A stretch of DNA of 53,696 nucleotides. Origin: Bacillota bacterium (GTDB lineage: Bacteria > Bacillota > Clostridia > Christensenellales > CAG-138). Numbering within the stretch: the stretch's first letter is position 1; every line of letters starts with the position of its first letter. The translations under genes were made by a program, and so were the position numbers. The notes beneath the pieces are model-generated. The model ran no database searches and was not told the DNA's origin. It saw only the letters and a list, made by a program, of their open reading frames with translations. The stretch lies in the NCBI GenBank assembly GCA_023426265.1, contig JAFABA010000121.1, forward strand, positions 1-53,696. The letters are read 5' to 3'. Positions 25,960-35,320 of this stretch are shown here, piece after piece.

Positions 25960-26313
25960 ATGATGGAGGATTCGACGGGTTCCACGCTTCTGCTCATATT
26001 TGTTTTGCTCCTTGTGATTTTTGCCGCTTACTTTACAACAAGGTATTTGTCTGTGAAGGGCGGCAATCTCATGAAGGGCAAATACATGCTGGTGAAAGAC
26101 CGCGTAGTGCTCGCAAAGGACAAACAGATATTGCTGCTTCAGGTGGGCACAAAGCATATCGTCGTAGGGGTGACGCCGCAGGCCATGCAGCACCTGGGCA
26201 CAGTCGAGGACGGAGAACTCCAGCCTTTGACGCAGGACCCGCCAACGGACGGCATGCAGTCTTTCAAAGAGGTGCTCGCAAAGATTTACAAGAAGGACAG
26301 TTTACCCAAATAA
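25960..26313 (+). CDS. fliO: Flagellar biosynthesis protein FliO (FliZ-like)
   Basis: 117 aa with a single N-terminal TM segment (LLLIFVLLLVIFAAYF) followed by ...VKDRVVLAKDKQILLLQVGTKHIVVGVT. It lies directly upstream of fliP. Confidence 0.7.
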   Translation: MMEDSTGSTLLLIFVLLLVIFAAYFTTRYLSVKGGNLMKGKYMLVKDRVVLAKDKQILLLQVGTKHIVVGVTPQAMQHLGTVEDGELQPLTQDPPTDGMQSFKEVLAKIYKKDSLPK

Positions 26314-26325
26314 AGCGCCCCGTGG

Positions 26326-27207
26326 GTGTTCTCAACAGAACGAGGCGCAAAGAACGGAACTTTGCTAATGAGGAATACGCAGCCGCTGGCGCCGCTTTTG
26401 CCGCCGCAACTTTTATATGAAAGGCCCCAAAGGGGCAGGGACCACCGTAAGACCGGCAGAACCAAACGGATTTGGCTCTTAGTAACGGTTATTATGGTGG
26501 CTGTTTTGTTATGCGGTTGTTCTGTGCTCAATGAGAATACCGCCTCTTCCAACGGGCCGTTCGGGGGATTGCTGGGGGACAGGAGCGATTCGCTCGATAT
26601 CCTGATGCTGCTCACCATATTGAGCGTGCTGCCCTCCATACTCATCATGCTGACGTGCTTTACGCGCATCATCATCGTGCTTTCGCTGACGCGCAACGGC
26701 ATGGGTCTGCAGCAGATGCCGCCCAACCAGGTGCTCGTTGGCCTGGCGCTGTTTCTGACGCTATTCATCATGTCCCCCATTGTGGATCAAATAAAGACTG
26801 AAGCGTACGAACCCTATGTCAATGGCGTCATCACCCAGGAGGTCGCGGTGGACCGCGCCATGGAGCCGGTGCGCGAATTCATGTTCAGGCAGACGTATAA
26901 ATCGGACCTGAAATTCTTCCTTACCGCCTCCGGCCAGCCGGATACGGTCGAGGCCCTTGAAAATATCCCGAACACGACGCTTATTCCCGCATTTATCACC
27001 AGCGAGATCAAGCACGGGTTTGAAATCGGGTTCTATATTTACATTCCTTTTATCGTCATCGATATGGTGGTGGCGAGCACGCTGATGGCGATGGGCATGA
27101 TGATGCTTCCGCCTGTAATCATATCGCTGCCCTTTAAACTGTTGCTGTTTGTAATGGTGGATGGGTGGACGCTTACGGTCCGGTCCCTCATTTCAAGTTT
27201 CGGGTAA
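26326..27207 (+). CDS. fliP: Flagellar type III export apparatus protein FliP
   Basis: LLTILSVLPSILIMLTCFTRIIIVLSLTRNGMGLQQMPPNQVLVGLALFLTLFIMSP. The start is uncertain (GTG 26326 or ATG 26368). The signal/TM segment begins at about RIWLLVTVIMVAV. Confidence 0.9.
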   Translation: MFSTERGAKNGTLLMRNTQPLAPLLPPQLLYERPQRGRDHRKTGRTKRIWLLVTVIMVAVLLCGCSVLNENTASSNGPFGGLLGDRSDSLDILMLLTILSVLPSILIMLTCFTRIIIVLSLTRNGMGLQQMPPNQVLVGLALFLTLFIMSPIVDQIKTEAYEPYVNGVITQEVAVDRAMEPVREFMFRQTYKSDLKFFLTASGQPDTVEALENIPNTTLIPAFITSEIKHGFEIGFYIYIPFIVIDMVVASTLMAMGMMMLPPVIISLPFKLLLFVMVDGWTLTVRSLISSFG

Positions 27208-27265
27208 TTTTGAACGCGGGGATCGGTTGGGCAAAAAAGGCAATACGGCAATTGGGGTTTTGAGC

Positions 27266-27532
27266 ATGGATCAGTCAACGGTAATCAAAGTCATGCAGGA
27301 TGCGGTGACCACCATCATGACGGTGTCGGCGCCTCCGCTCATTATCGGCATGGTGGTGGGCATTATTGTTTCCATATTCCAGGCCACGACTCAGATCAAC
27401 GAGCAGACGCTGGCGTTCGTACCTAAGATCATCGCCATACTGCTTGCGCTTTTAGTGTTCGGCGGCTGGATGCTTACGGGTCTTTCCGATTTTACGCTGC
27501 GCTTGTTCGAATATATCGGCACCGCGCGTTAA
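27266..27532 (+). CDS. fliQ: Flagellar type III export apparatus protein FliQ
   Basis: 88 aa. MDQSTVIKVMQDAVTTIMTVSAPPLIIGMVVGIIVSIFQATTQINEQTLAFVPK. Confidence 0.9.
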   Translation: MDQSTVIKVMQDAVTTIMTVSAPPLIIGMVVGIIVSIFQATTQINEQTLAFVPKIIAILLALLVFGGWMLTGLSDFTLRLFEYIGTAR

Positions 27533-27538
27533 AAAACG

Positions 27539-28330
27539 ATGGACAGAATCGTAGACACCGTCGTACTGAATATCGATTACTTCGTGCTGATATTCCTGCG
27601 GGTTTCAGCGTTGATTTTTTCTTCCCCCATATTCGGGCGAAAAACGCTGCCCAACACGCTCAAGATTCTGCTGTGCGTTACGCTCGCTTATGTGGTGTTT
27701 GCGGCGGACCCGAATCCTCCGGCAATCACGTACCGCAACGTACTGGAATACGTGCTGCTGTGCGTAAAGGAACTGCTGTTCGGGCTGGTACTTGGGTATG
27801 TGACCACGCTGATCTTCAGCATCCCGCAGACGGCGGGGCACGTGATCGATATGCAGATGGGTTTTGGCATGGTGAATGTGTTCGACGTGCAGTCAAACAT
27901 CAGCGTCCCCGTCACGGGCAACTTTCTCTATACCGCCATGATGCTCTCCTTTTTTGCGGTGGACGGGCATCACCAGCTGATTTATATATTGCAGAGCACC
28001 TTCTCCTACATTCCCGTGGGGCAGGTTACGTTAAACCCAGCGCTGGGCGTTTCGGCGCTTGAGGTATTCGCCCTTGCGTTTGTGCTCGCCGCCAAGGTGG
28101 CCATGCCCATGATCGCGGCCGGGCTGATGGGGGAGATCATCATGGGCATCGTGGTGCGCACCTCGCCGCAGATGAACGTGTTTGTGGTGGGCATCCCCCT
28201 CAAGATCATAATGGGGTTCCTGGCGCTTTTGCTGCTGCTGCCGGTGTATGTGAACTTTACCAATACGCTGTTTAACAACATGTTCGAGTCCATTCATTAC
28301 ATGTTTGGCGGATTGGCGGCTCCCGCATGA
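27539..28330 (+). CDS. fliR: Flagellar type III export apparatus protein FliR
   Basis: 263-aa polytopic membrane protein in the conserved fliQ-fliR-flhB position. RVSALIFSSPIFG...GHVIDMQMGFGM. Confidence 0.9.
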   Translation: MDRIVDTVVLNIDYFVLIFLRVSALIFSSPIFGRKTLPNTLKILLCVTLAYVVFAADPNPPAITYRNVLEYVLLCVKELLFGLVLGYVTTLIFSIPQTAGHVIDMQMGFGMVNVFDVQSNISVPVTGNFLYTAMMLSFFAVDGHHQLIYILQSTFSYIPVGQVTLNPALGVSALEVFALAFVLAAKVAMPMIAAGLMGEIIMGIVVRTSPQMNVFVVGIPLKIIMGFLALLLLLPVYVNFTNTLFNNMFESIHYMFGGLAAPA

Positions 28331-29397
28331 GCCAGGCAAACGGTGACCGTACAGAAAAAGCGACGCCCAAAAAGCGGAAGGACGCGCGCGACAAAGGCCA
28401 GATATTCAAAAGCGTGGACCTGACCACCGCATTCTCGCTGCTTGTGCTGTTTTTCATATTGTCCATCGCAGGAACGCTGATGGTGGACGGCATGAAGAAC
28501 ATGGCAACCCGGTATTTTTCGGCCGCAGCACCCGAACCGTTCAATGTCGCGAATATACATGCCACGTTTAAGGACGTGTATATCCAGTTTGTCCTTATAC
28601 TGCTGCCGGTGCTGGCCGCGGCGGCGGCCGCGGGAATCATATTCAATTTCCTGCAGGTGGGCGCGCTGTTCACCGCGAAGGCGATACAGCCCAAGTTTTC
28701 CCGCATCAGCATGGCGGAGGGGTTCAAGCGGATATTTTCAAAAAAGACGCTGATTGACCTCTTAAAATCCCTGGTGCGCCTGACGGTGATCGTGAAGGTT
28801 GCGTATGACGAGTACACGTTGCGCATACAGGGCACGCCCTCGCTGATGTACCAGGAGCTGGATTTCTCCATCGACGCCACCTGGGATATGATACTCAGTA
28901 TCGCGTTCAAGATCGCCATTGCCCTTGCGATACTGGGCCCCATCGATTACTTCCTGCAATGGCGGCAGTATGAACGAGACCTTATGATGACCAAGCAGGA
29001 GGTCAAGGACGAGTATAAGATGACCGAAGGCAACCCCCAGATCAAGGGACGAATCCGGCAGAAACAGCGGCAGATGAGCAGCATGCGCATGATGCAGGCC
29101 GTTGCGGACGCGGATGTGGTCATCACCAACCCCACGCATTTTGCCGTTGCGCTTTCCTATAAGGAGGGGGTGAACGGCGCCCCGGTCGTCGTAGCGAAGG
29201 GCCAGGATTTCTTAGCCAGGCGCATCAAGGAAAAGGCCGCGGAGTATCACGTGGAGATTGTGGAAAACAAGGCCCTCGCCCGCAACCTGTACTTCTTCTG
29301 CGAAATAGGCGATGAGGTGCCGGAGGATTTATACCAGGCGGTGGCCGAGATTCTCGCGTATGTGTATCGCCTGAAACATCCTGAGACTAGGAGGTGA
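28327..29397 (+). CDS. flhB: Flagellar type III export switch protein FlhB (full length)
   Basis: 356 aa. It has the N-terminal TEKATPKKRKDARDKGQ, four TM segments, and the NPTH autocleavage motif (VVITNPTHFAVAL). Confidence 0.95.
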   Translation: MSQANGDRTEKATPKKRKDARDKGQIFKSVDLTTAFSLLVLFFILSIAGTLMVDGMKNMATRYFSAAAPEPFNVANIHATFKDVYIQFVLILLPVLAAAAAAGIIFNFLQVGALFTAKAIQPKFSRISMAEGFKRIFSKKTLIDLLKSLVRLTVIVKVAYDEYTLRIQGTPSLMYQELDFSIDATWDMILSIAFKIAIALAILGPIDYFLQWRQYERDLMMTKQEVKDEYKMTEGNPQIKGRIRQKQRQMSSMRMMQAVADADVVITNPTHFAVALSYKEGVNGAPVVVAKGQDFLARRIKEKAAEYHVEIVENKALARNLYFFCEIGDEVPEDLYQAVAEILAYVYRLKHPETRR

Positions 29398-29401
29398 TCG
29401 T

Positions 29402-31450
29402 GTGAAAATCAAGGGTTCGGATATCATGGTGGCCGTGATGGTGCTGGGCATTGTGCTGCTTATCATCGTGCCGCCTTCCATCGGGATGATGGATACGCTA
29501 CTGATTTTGAATATAGCAATCTCCATTCTTGTAATTCTGATGTCCCTTTATATTAAAGAAACGCTGGAATTCTCTACGTTCCCAACGCTGATTTTGCTTT
29601 TGACACTGTACCGTCTTACGCTCAATGTTGCCTCCACGCGTCTTATTTTAGGCAACGGGGGTGAGGCGGGCAACGTCATCAACACATTTGCTTCCTTTGT
29701 TATGGGCGGCAACCTTGTTGTAGGCTTCATCATATTTTTGATCATCGTTATCATTCAGTTTATGGTTATTACCAAGGGCTCGGAGCGCGTGGCGGAGGTG
29801 GCCGCAAGGTTTACGCTTGACGCCATGCCCGGCAAGCAGATGGCAATCGACGCGGACCTGAATACAGGAATCATCAACGAAGGGGAAGCGAAAAAGCGCA
29901 GGGAAGCCATACAGCGCGAGGCGGATTTTTACGGCGCGATGGATGGCGCTTCCAAGTTTATAAAGGGCGACGCCATCATAGGCATCATTATCACAGTCAT
30001 CAACCTGGTCGGCGGTATCGTCATAGGCGCTTTGGGTTTAGGCGGCAAGGTCATGCCTTTCGAACAGGTGCTTGAGGTTTATGCGCTTGCGACCGTGGGT
30101 GGAGGTTTGGTCACCCAGATCCCTGCGCTCCTGGTTTCCACCTCCGCAGGCATTATCGTTACCCGCTCCGCAAGCGAAAGCAGTTTTGGGGTCGAGCTGT
30201 CGGGTCAATTGTTTGCAAAGCCGCAGACGCTCTATATCCTGGGCGGCATGCTTGCCATGTTCGGCTTTGTCCCCGGCATGCCGACCATCACCATTCTGTT
30301 GATTGCAGCCGCGCTGCCGCTTTTTGCGTACCTTACCACCAATGCCAGGAAGAAAAAAGAAGTACAGACAGAGGACGATACTGCCGAGCTTGCCGCGCAG
30401 GAAAAGCGCAAGCCGGAAAACGTCACCTCGCTTTTGCAGGTGTATCCCATCGAAATGGAATTCGGCTACGGTATCATCTCCCTGGTGGATACCCTGCAGG
30501 GCGGGGATTTATTGGACCGCATCGTCATGATCCGCCGCCAGTGCGCCATGGAAATGGGCATCGTCGTGCCGGTCGTGCGCGTAAGGGACAATATCCAGCT
30601 GGGCACCAACTCCTACTGCATCAAAATCAAGGGCCTCGAGGTCGCCCATGGCGACGTCATGCCGGATCATTTTATGGCGCTGCGCCCGGCAGGGCTTGAA
30701 GCAAAGCTGGATGGCATAGAGACGACCGACCCGGCGTTTGGCCTGCCCGCCGTATGGATCACGGAAAACGAACGCGAGCGCGCGGAACTAAAGGGCTTTA
30801 CCACCATCGATTCGCCCTCAGTTATCGCCACTCATTTGATGGAAGTCATCAAGCATCATGCCCATGAACTGATGGGCAGGCAGCAGGTCCAGGTGCTCAT
30901 TGATAATCTCAAGACCCAGCAGCCCGCCTTGGTGGACGAAGTCATTCCCAAGCTCTTCTCCGTGGGCGAGGTGCAGAAAATACTTGCGAATCTGCTGCGC
31001 GAAGGCATCTCCATACGGGATATCGGCACCATTCTGGAAATATTGGGCGATTACGGCACGTTGACCCGCGACCTGGAGCTGTTGACCGAGTATGTGCGCC
31101 AGAACCTCAAGCGCGCCATCACCCAGCGCTTCGTGCCGGACAATAAGGCCCGCGTTATCACGCTGGACCCGCAGGTGGAACAGACGATTGCAGGCAGTAT
31201 CCGGCAGACCGAACGCGGCTCGTACGCGGCGGTGGAGCCCATGCAGATTCAGCGCATCCTTTTAAGCACCAAGAACGCTGTGGAAAACGCGCTCGGCTCC
31301 GGCGGCACACCGATATTCCTGACGGCGCCCGCGGTGCGCAGGTATTTTAAACAGATGACGGAGCAATTAAATCCCGATCTCGTCGTGCTTTCATACAATG
31401 AGCTGGAACGTGATGTGGAAATCTTCTCCGATGGGGTGGTGAGCTTTTAA
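29402..31450 (+). CDS. flhA: Flagellar type III export gate protein FlhA
   Basis: 682 aa. It has FPTLILLLTLYRLTLNVASTRLIL, FMVITKGSERVAEVAARFTLDAMPGKQMAIDADL, and the C-terminal cytoplasmic domain. The GTG start has an AGGAGG RBS. Confidence 0.95.
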   Translation: MKIKGSDIMVAVMVLGIVLLIIVPPSIGMMDTLLILNIAISILVILMSLYIKETLEFSTFPTLILLLTLYRLTLNVASTRLILGNGGEAGNVINTFASFVMGGNLVVGFIIFLIIVIIQFMVITKGSERVAEVAARFTLDAMPGKQMAIDADLNTGIINEGEAKKRREAIQREADFYGAMDGASKFIKGDAIIGIIITVINLVGGIVIGALGLGGKVMPFEQVLEVYALATVGGGLVTQIPALLVSTSAGIIVTRSASESSFGVELSGQLFAKPQTLYILGGMLAMFGFVPGMPTITILLIAAALPLFAYLTTNARKKKEVQTEDDTAELAAQEKRKPENVTSLLQVYPIEMEFGYGIISLVDTLQGGDLLDRIVMIRRQCAMEMGIVVPVVRVRDNIQLGTNSYCIKIKGLEVAHGDVMPDHFMALRPAGLEAKLDGIETTDPAFGLPAVWITENERERAELKGFTTIDSPSVIATHLMEVIKHHAHELMGRQQVQVLIDNLKTQQPALVDEVIPKLFSVGEVQKILANLLREGISIRDIGTILEILGDYGTLTRDLELLTEYVRQNLKRAITQRFVPDNKARVITLDPQVEQTIAGSIRQTERGSYAAVEPMQIQRILLSTKNAVENALGSGGTPIFLTAPAVRRYFKQMTEQLNPDLVVLSYNELERDVEIFSDGVVSF

Positions 31451-31452
31451 CC

Positions 31453-32640
31453 ATGTTCGTCAAGAGCTATATCGCAAACGAAATGCCTGAAGCAATGGAG
31501 CGCATCCGCAAGGAGCTTGGCCCCGATGCGATGATACTCTCCAACCGTCAGATCAGAGGAAAGGGCCTCAAGGGCCTTTTCGGAAAAAAGTTGGTGGAAG
31601 TGACGGTGGCCTACGAGCCGATACCGGGCAAGGCCATGATCCCGGAGCGCAAAGCGTATGAACAGCCCCGCCTGGCTCCCGTGCCCAACCCGCCCGCTCC
31701 TTCCGCGCAAAAAAAGCCCCCGGCGGCGGTTATACCTGCCGTGGCGGCAGCGCAGGCTTTGGCGCAGGCCGAGAAAAAGTTTCAGGCCGCCGAATCGCCC
31801 GTGCCAAAACCGGCGACGGGACCGGATCAGAAGCCGCTGTTGGACCGCAGGAGCGGCGTCAAGCTCTCCCCCGGCGCCGAGGCGATCGGCAACCGGCTGA
31901 TGGAGCGAGAGGTGTTTGTGGGCGTGGCGAAAAAAATCGCCGCGCAAACCCATGAGATTACCTCAAAATTCAGCGACGATCCGGAGCAGGTGGCCTATAG
32001 CCTCGTACAGGATATGCTGGGAGAGCCCGCCGCCATCAAGCTCAAAAAATACCGCATGAACATTATCATGCTGTTGGGCCCCACAGGCGTAGGCAAGACC
32101 ACCACGATCGTAAAACTTGCGGGCCTGTTTACCATCAACCACGGGCTCAAGGTGGGCTTTATCAATACGGATACCTACCGCGTGGCGGCGCAGGAGCAGC
32201 TAAAGGCCTACGCGGAGATCATGGAACTGCCCATCTGCACGGTATATTCCCCGGAAGATGTTGAGGACGCGCTGGTCAAAATGCAGGACCGGGATGTGGT
32301 ACTTATCGATACCGCGGGGAAAAGCCCTGTGGATAAACGCTACCGGGAGGATATCGAGGCGTATATCCGCCACAGCGGCGCGGACGAACTGCTGCTTTGC
32401 GTGAGCGCGTCCATGGGCTATGGCGCGAGCCGTGAACTGATCAATCATTATTCCTTCCTCAGCGGGTACAAGCTCATCGTCACAAAACTCGACGAGGTCA
32501 GCGCGTGGGGCAGTGTGCTCAACATCTCTTCCCTGGCGAAGCAGCCCATTGCATTTATTACAACAGGGCAGAATGTACCGTTCGATATTTCCATACCCGA
32601 TACGAAGCTGGTGGCAAAAAACCTGTTAGGGGAGTGCTGA
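31453..32640 (+). CDS. flhF: Flagellar SRP-type GTPase FlhF
   Basis: The motifs LLGPTGVGKTTT, DTYRVAA and DTAG are present, and the N-terminal B-domain is Pro/Ala/Lys-rich. Confidence 0.9.
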   Translation: MFVKSYIANEMPEAMERIRKELGPDAMILSNRQIRGKGLKGLFGKKLVEVTVAYEPIPGKAMIPERKAYEQPRLAPVPNPPAPSAQKKPPAAVIPAVAAAQALAQAEKKFQAAESPVPKPATGPDQKPLLDRRSGVKLSPGAEAIGNRLMEREVFVGVAKKIAAQTHEITSKFSDDPEQVAYSLVQDMLGEPAAIKLKKYRMNIIMLLGPTGVGKTTTIVKLAGLFTINHGLKVGFINTDTYRVAAQEQLKAYAEIMELPICTVYSPEDVEDALVKMQDRDVVLIDTAGKSPVDKRYREDIEAYIRHSGADELLLCVSASMGYGASRELINHYSFLSGYKLIVTKLDEVSAWGSVLNISSLAKQPIAFITTGQNVPFDISIPDTKLVAKNLLGEC

Positions 32641-32643
32641 GAG

Positions 32644-33495
32644 ATGTTTGACCAGGCGCAGGCGCTACGCGATATCATGAGAGCCAGGCACACGCCCCCC
32701 AGCATCCGGGTGATGACGGTCACCAGCGCGAAGGGCGGCGTGGGCAAGACGAGCACGGCCATCAATCTCGCAATTGCGCTCAATCAATTGGGGCGGCGCG
32801 CATTGATCGTGGATATGGATTTGGGCCTTGCCAACGTGGACGTCATGCTCGGCGCAAAAACGGAGGGCAACCTTTTAAGCGTCATTCATGGCGGGCGCAA
32901 TATCCGCGAAATCATAGGCACCGGCGTATGCAACGTGAAGTTCATTTCCGGCGGGTCCGGCGTAGAGGAGATGCTCAGCCTCAACACGGATTCGGTGCAG
33001 AGCGTCGTCACGCAGCTCATGTGTCTGGAGGATGTTGCGGATACCGTGATATTTGACACGGGCGCGGGGATATCGGATCATATCCTGCGCCTTATCTCCG
33101 CAAGCCACGACACCGTACTTGTGACCACGCCCGAACCCACCGCCTTTATGGACGCCTACGCGCTTGTAAAGATCATGGGGCAGCGCAATATATTCCCCAA
33201 CATCCGCCTCGTCATGAACATGGCGGATACCGAGAAAGAGGCGGTTTCGGCCTTGGACGGGTTTACCCGCATTGCGGGCCAGTACGCGGGCGTCCCGGTC
33301 AAAGGGCTGGGGTACATATTAAAGGATGACCATATGTCGCGCGCCGTAAAGCTGCAAACGCCGCTGCTGGTAAGTTTTCCGGATTCAAAAGCCGCGTATC
33401 AGTATAAGCGCCTGGCAATGAATCTTTTGAATATGCCCGACACCGGTGAAAAGAGCATCGCGGGGTTTTTAAAACGCCTTTTGGGCGGCGGATAA
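32644..33495 (+). CDS. flhG: MinD/ParA-type ATPase FlhG (YlxH)
   Basis: Deviant Walker A in VTSAKGGVGKTSTAINLA. It lies downstream of flhF. Confidence 0.85.
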   Translation: MFDQAQALRDIMRARHTPPSIRVMTVTSAKGGVGKTSTAINLAIALNQLGRRALIVDMDLGLANVDVMLGAKTEGNLLSVIHGGRNIREIIGTGVCNVKFISGGSGVEEMLSLNTDSVQSVVTQLMCLEDVADTVIFDTGAGISDHILRLISASHDTVLVTTPEPTAFMDAYALVKIMGQRNIFPNIRLVMNMADTEKEAVSALDGFTRIAGQYAGVPVKGLGYILKDDHMSRAVKLQTPLLVSFPDSKAAYQYKRLAMNLLNMPDTGEKSIAGFLKRLLGGG

Positions 33496-33569
33496 ACGCC
33501 CTCAGGCGCTGAACGCGGCCAGTTGGGGCCGGTTCGCCAGTAAGACGTAACATCCGGGGAGGGACAAGC

Positions 33570-34325
33570 ATGGCAGAAGCAGCATACGACAGGGCGCAGA
33601 CGCTTTGGGAGCAATATGCCCGGGACGCCTCACAGGAAGTAAAAAATGAAATCGTCCTGCATTATATGTACTTGGTCAAGCGCATCGTGTATCGGTTACT
33701 GCCCACCTATGAGGGATACAGCAACTTTGACGATTTGCTCAGTTGCGGCGTGCTGGGGCTGATCGACGCAATCAGCAAGTTCGACGTCAGGCGCGAGATC
33801 CAGTTCGAAAATTACGCCTCCCTGCGCATCCGCGGAGAGATTATCGACCATATGCGCAAGCAGGATTGGGCGCCCTCCAGCCTCAGAAGAAAGATCCAGG
33901 CCATCAGCGCCGCCTACGGCGAACTGGAAAAAGAGCTTTCAAGGGAGCCTTCGGACAGCGAGGTGGCGGCCTACCTTGGCATGAACGAGAAGGAGATGCA
34001 AAAGATCGTCAACAAAATGCATATGTTCAACGTCATGCATTTTGAGGAAATGATCTCCAGCGATTTTTCGCTTGCACAGGTGGTGCAGGACAAAGGCGAG
34101 ACCCCGGAAGAAAACGTGGAAAACAACGAGATGAAAAAGGTGCTTGCGGAGTTGATTGAAACTTTGCCGGAAAAAGAGCGCCTTGTCATCACGCTGTATT
34201 ATTATGAGGAGCTTACGCTCAAAGAGATTGCGGGAATCCTGGGGGTTTCGGAATCCCGCGCTTCGCAGATTCATTCCAAGGTCATCATGAAGTTCCGATC
34301 CAGGCTGCAGACGATGTTCAACTAA
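33570..34325 (+). CDS. fliA: Flagellar RNA polymerase sigma factor (sigma-28, FliA/SigD)
   Basis: 251 aa. Region 2 (YLVKRIVYRL...LLSCGVLGLIDAISKFD...F.NYASLRIRGEIIDHMR) and region 4 (LTLKEIAGILGVSESRASQIH) are present, in the flhF-flhG-fliA context. Confidence 0.9.
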   Translation: MAEAAYDRAQTLWEQYARDASQEVKNEIVLHYMYLVKRIVYRLLPTYEGYSNFDDLLSCGVLGLIDAISKFDVRREIQFENYASLRIRGEIIDHMRKQDWAPSSLRRKIQAISAAYGELEKELSREPSDSEVAAYLGMNEKEMQKIVNKMHMFNVMHFEEMISSDFSLAQVVQDKGETPEENVENNEMKKVLAELIETLPEKERLVITLYYYEELTLKEIAGILGVSESRASQIHSKVIMKFRSRLQTMFN

Positions 34326-34360
34326 CGGTTAAACGGCGACCTTCGAAAGGAGGAGGTTTT

Positions 34361-34660
34361 GTGGCGTTTGAAGGCATAGGCTCCAAGATCATGATCCACA
34401 AGGTGACGGACTTTTCCAAAGAGGCGAGCAACCTGCAAAAAAGCGGCGAAATGGCGCAGGCGCATATCCAAAGCCGCGCTGCGCACGACGCACAGATCGC
34501 GCAGCAGCAGGTCACCGATGTATACGAGCCCTCCAGCGTGGCCATCCATCGGGAAAAAGAGCGGGAAAAGCGGCAGCAGGAACAGAAGCGGGAAGAAAAA
34601 AAGCGGGAAGCCCATAAGCCCCTGCCCGGGGAACCCACCAAAATCGATATCGAGATATAG
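34361..34660 (+). CDS. Hypothetical small charged protein (99 aa)
   Basis: GTG start with a strong AAAGGAGGAGG RBS. No TM segment is seen. The C-terminus is Lys/Glu/Arg-rich (REKEREKRQQEQKREEKKRE). No family was recognised. Confidence 0.55.
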   Translation: MAFEGIGSKIMIHKVTDFSKEASNLQKSGEMAQAHIQSRAAHDAQIAQQQVTDVYEPSSVAIHREKEREKRQQEQKREEKKREAHKPLPGEPTKIDIEI

Positions 34661-34685
34661 GCGGATACGCCTGGAAGAGGGTAGC

Positions 34686-35240
34686 ATGGACTATACGTAT
34701 TATTTGTTTGCTTTTTTTGTATTTCTTCTTGTGTGCGCGACGGTGTATTTGAGCAGCATGCTCAAAAGGAACCAGAAGGAGGAAGCTGTAAAGCTTCCGC
34801 CGCCCGAGGATTTTCGTGAGAGGGAAGAGGAACTTCTTGCCCTGTTCCATAAGCTTGAGCGCGCGATGAGCGTTATGCAGGAAGAAATGGAGGAAACGCG
34901 CGGGGGGATCCGCGCGGACCGGGAGGAGGTCGCCTCCATGCTCGAACGCATGCAGCACCTGACGACAGGCATTCGCAGCAGCAGCGAGCAGCAGCGCCCG
35001 GAAGAACCAGTCAAACGCGGCCGCGGTCGGCCCAGGACGGTGAACCTCCCGCAGGAAGCGGAACGGGCGGCTCTGGTATTGGACCGTAAAAAGCCCGGCC
35101 CCAAAAAGAAGACGCTGCGAGACCGGGTGCTGGAGCTCTATGAAACGGGCCTCGCTGCGGACCGTATCGCGCAGGAACTCTCCATTTCCCGCGGGGAAGT
35201 GGATCTTGCGCTGGGCATCAAACAGGAAAAAAGCATATAA
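34686..35240 (+). CDS. Hypothetical membrane-anchored protein with AT-hook-like motif and C-terminal HTH
   Basis: 184 aa with a GGAAGAGGG RBS. It has an N-terminal TM segment (YYLFAFFVFLLVCATVYLSSML), a coiled-coil-like acidic segment, KRGRGRPRT, KKPGPKKK, and a C-terminal LRDRVLELYETGLAADRIAQELSISRGEVDLAL. Confidence 0.6.
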   Translation: MDYTYYLFAFFVFLLVCATVYLSSMLKRNQKEEAVKLPPPEDFREREEELLALFHKLERAMSVMQEEMEETRGGIRADREEVASMLERMQHLTTGIRSSSEQQRPEEPVKRGRGRPRTVNLPQEAERAALVLDRKKPGPKKKTLRDRVLELYETGLAADRIAQELSISRGEVDLALGIKQEKSI

Positions 35241-35248
35241 ATTTTCTC

Positions 35249-35275
35249 TAAAGTCTGCGGCAATTATTTCGATAT
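35249..35275 (+). promoter_or_regulatory. Sigma-28-type promoter of the late rod/flgM/flgK operon
   Basis: TAAA-N15-TTCGATAT. It shares CTAAAGTC...GGCA.TTAT..CGAT with the fliD promoter at 17750. Confidence 0.55.
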
Positions 35276-35320
35276 TGTTACCATATGGAATAGGCGGTCG
35301 TATTGCCGCTTGGAGGAACT

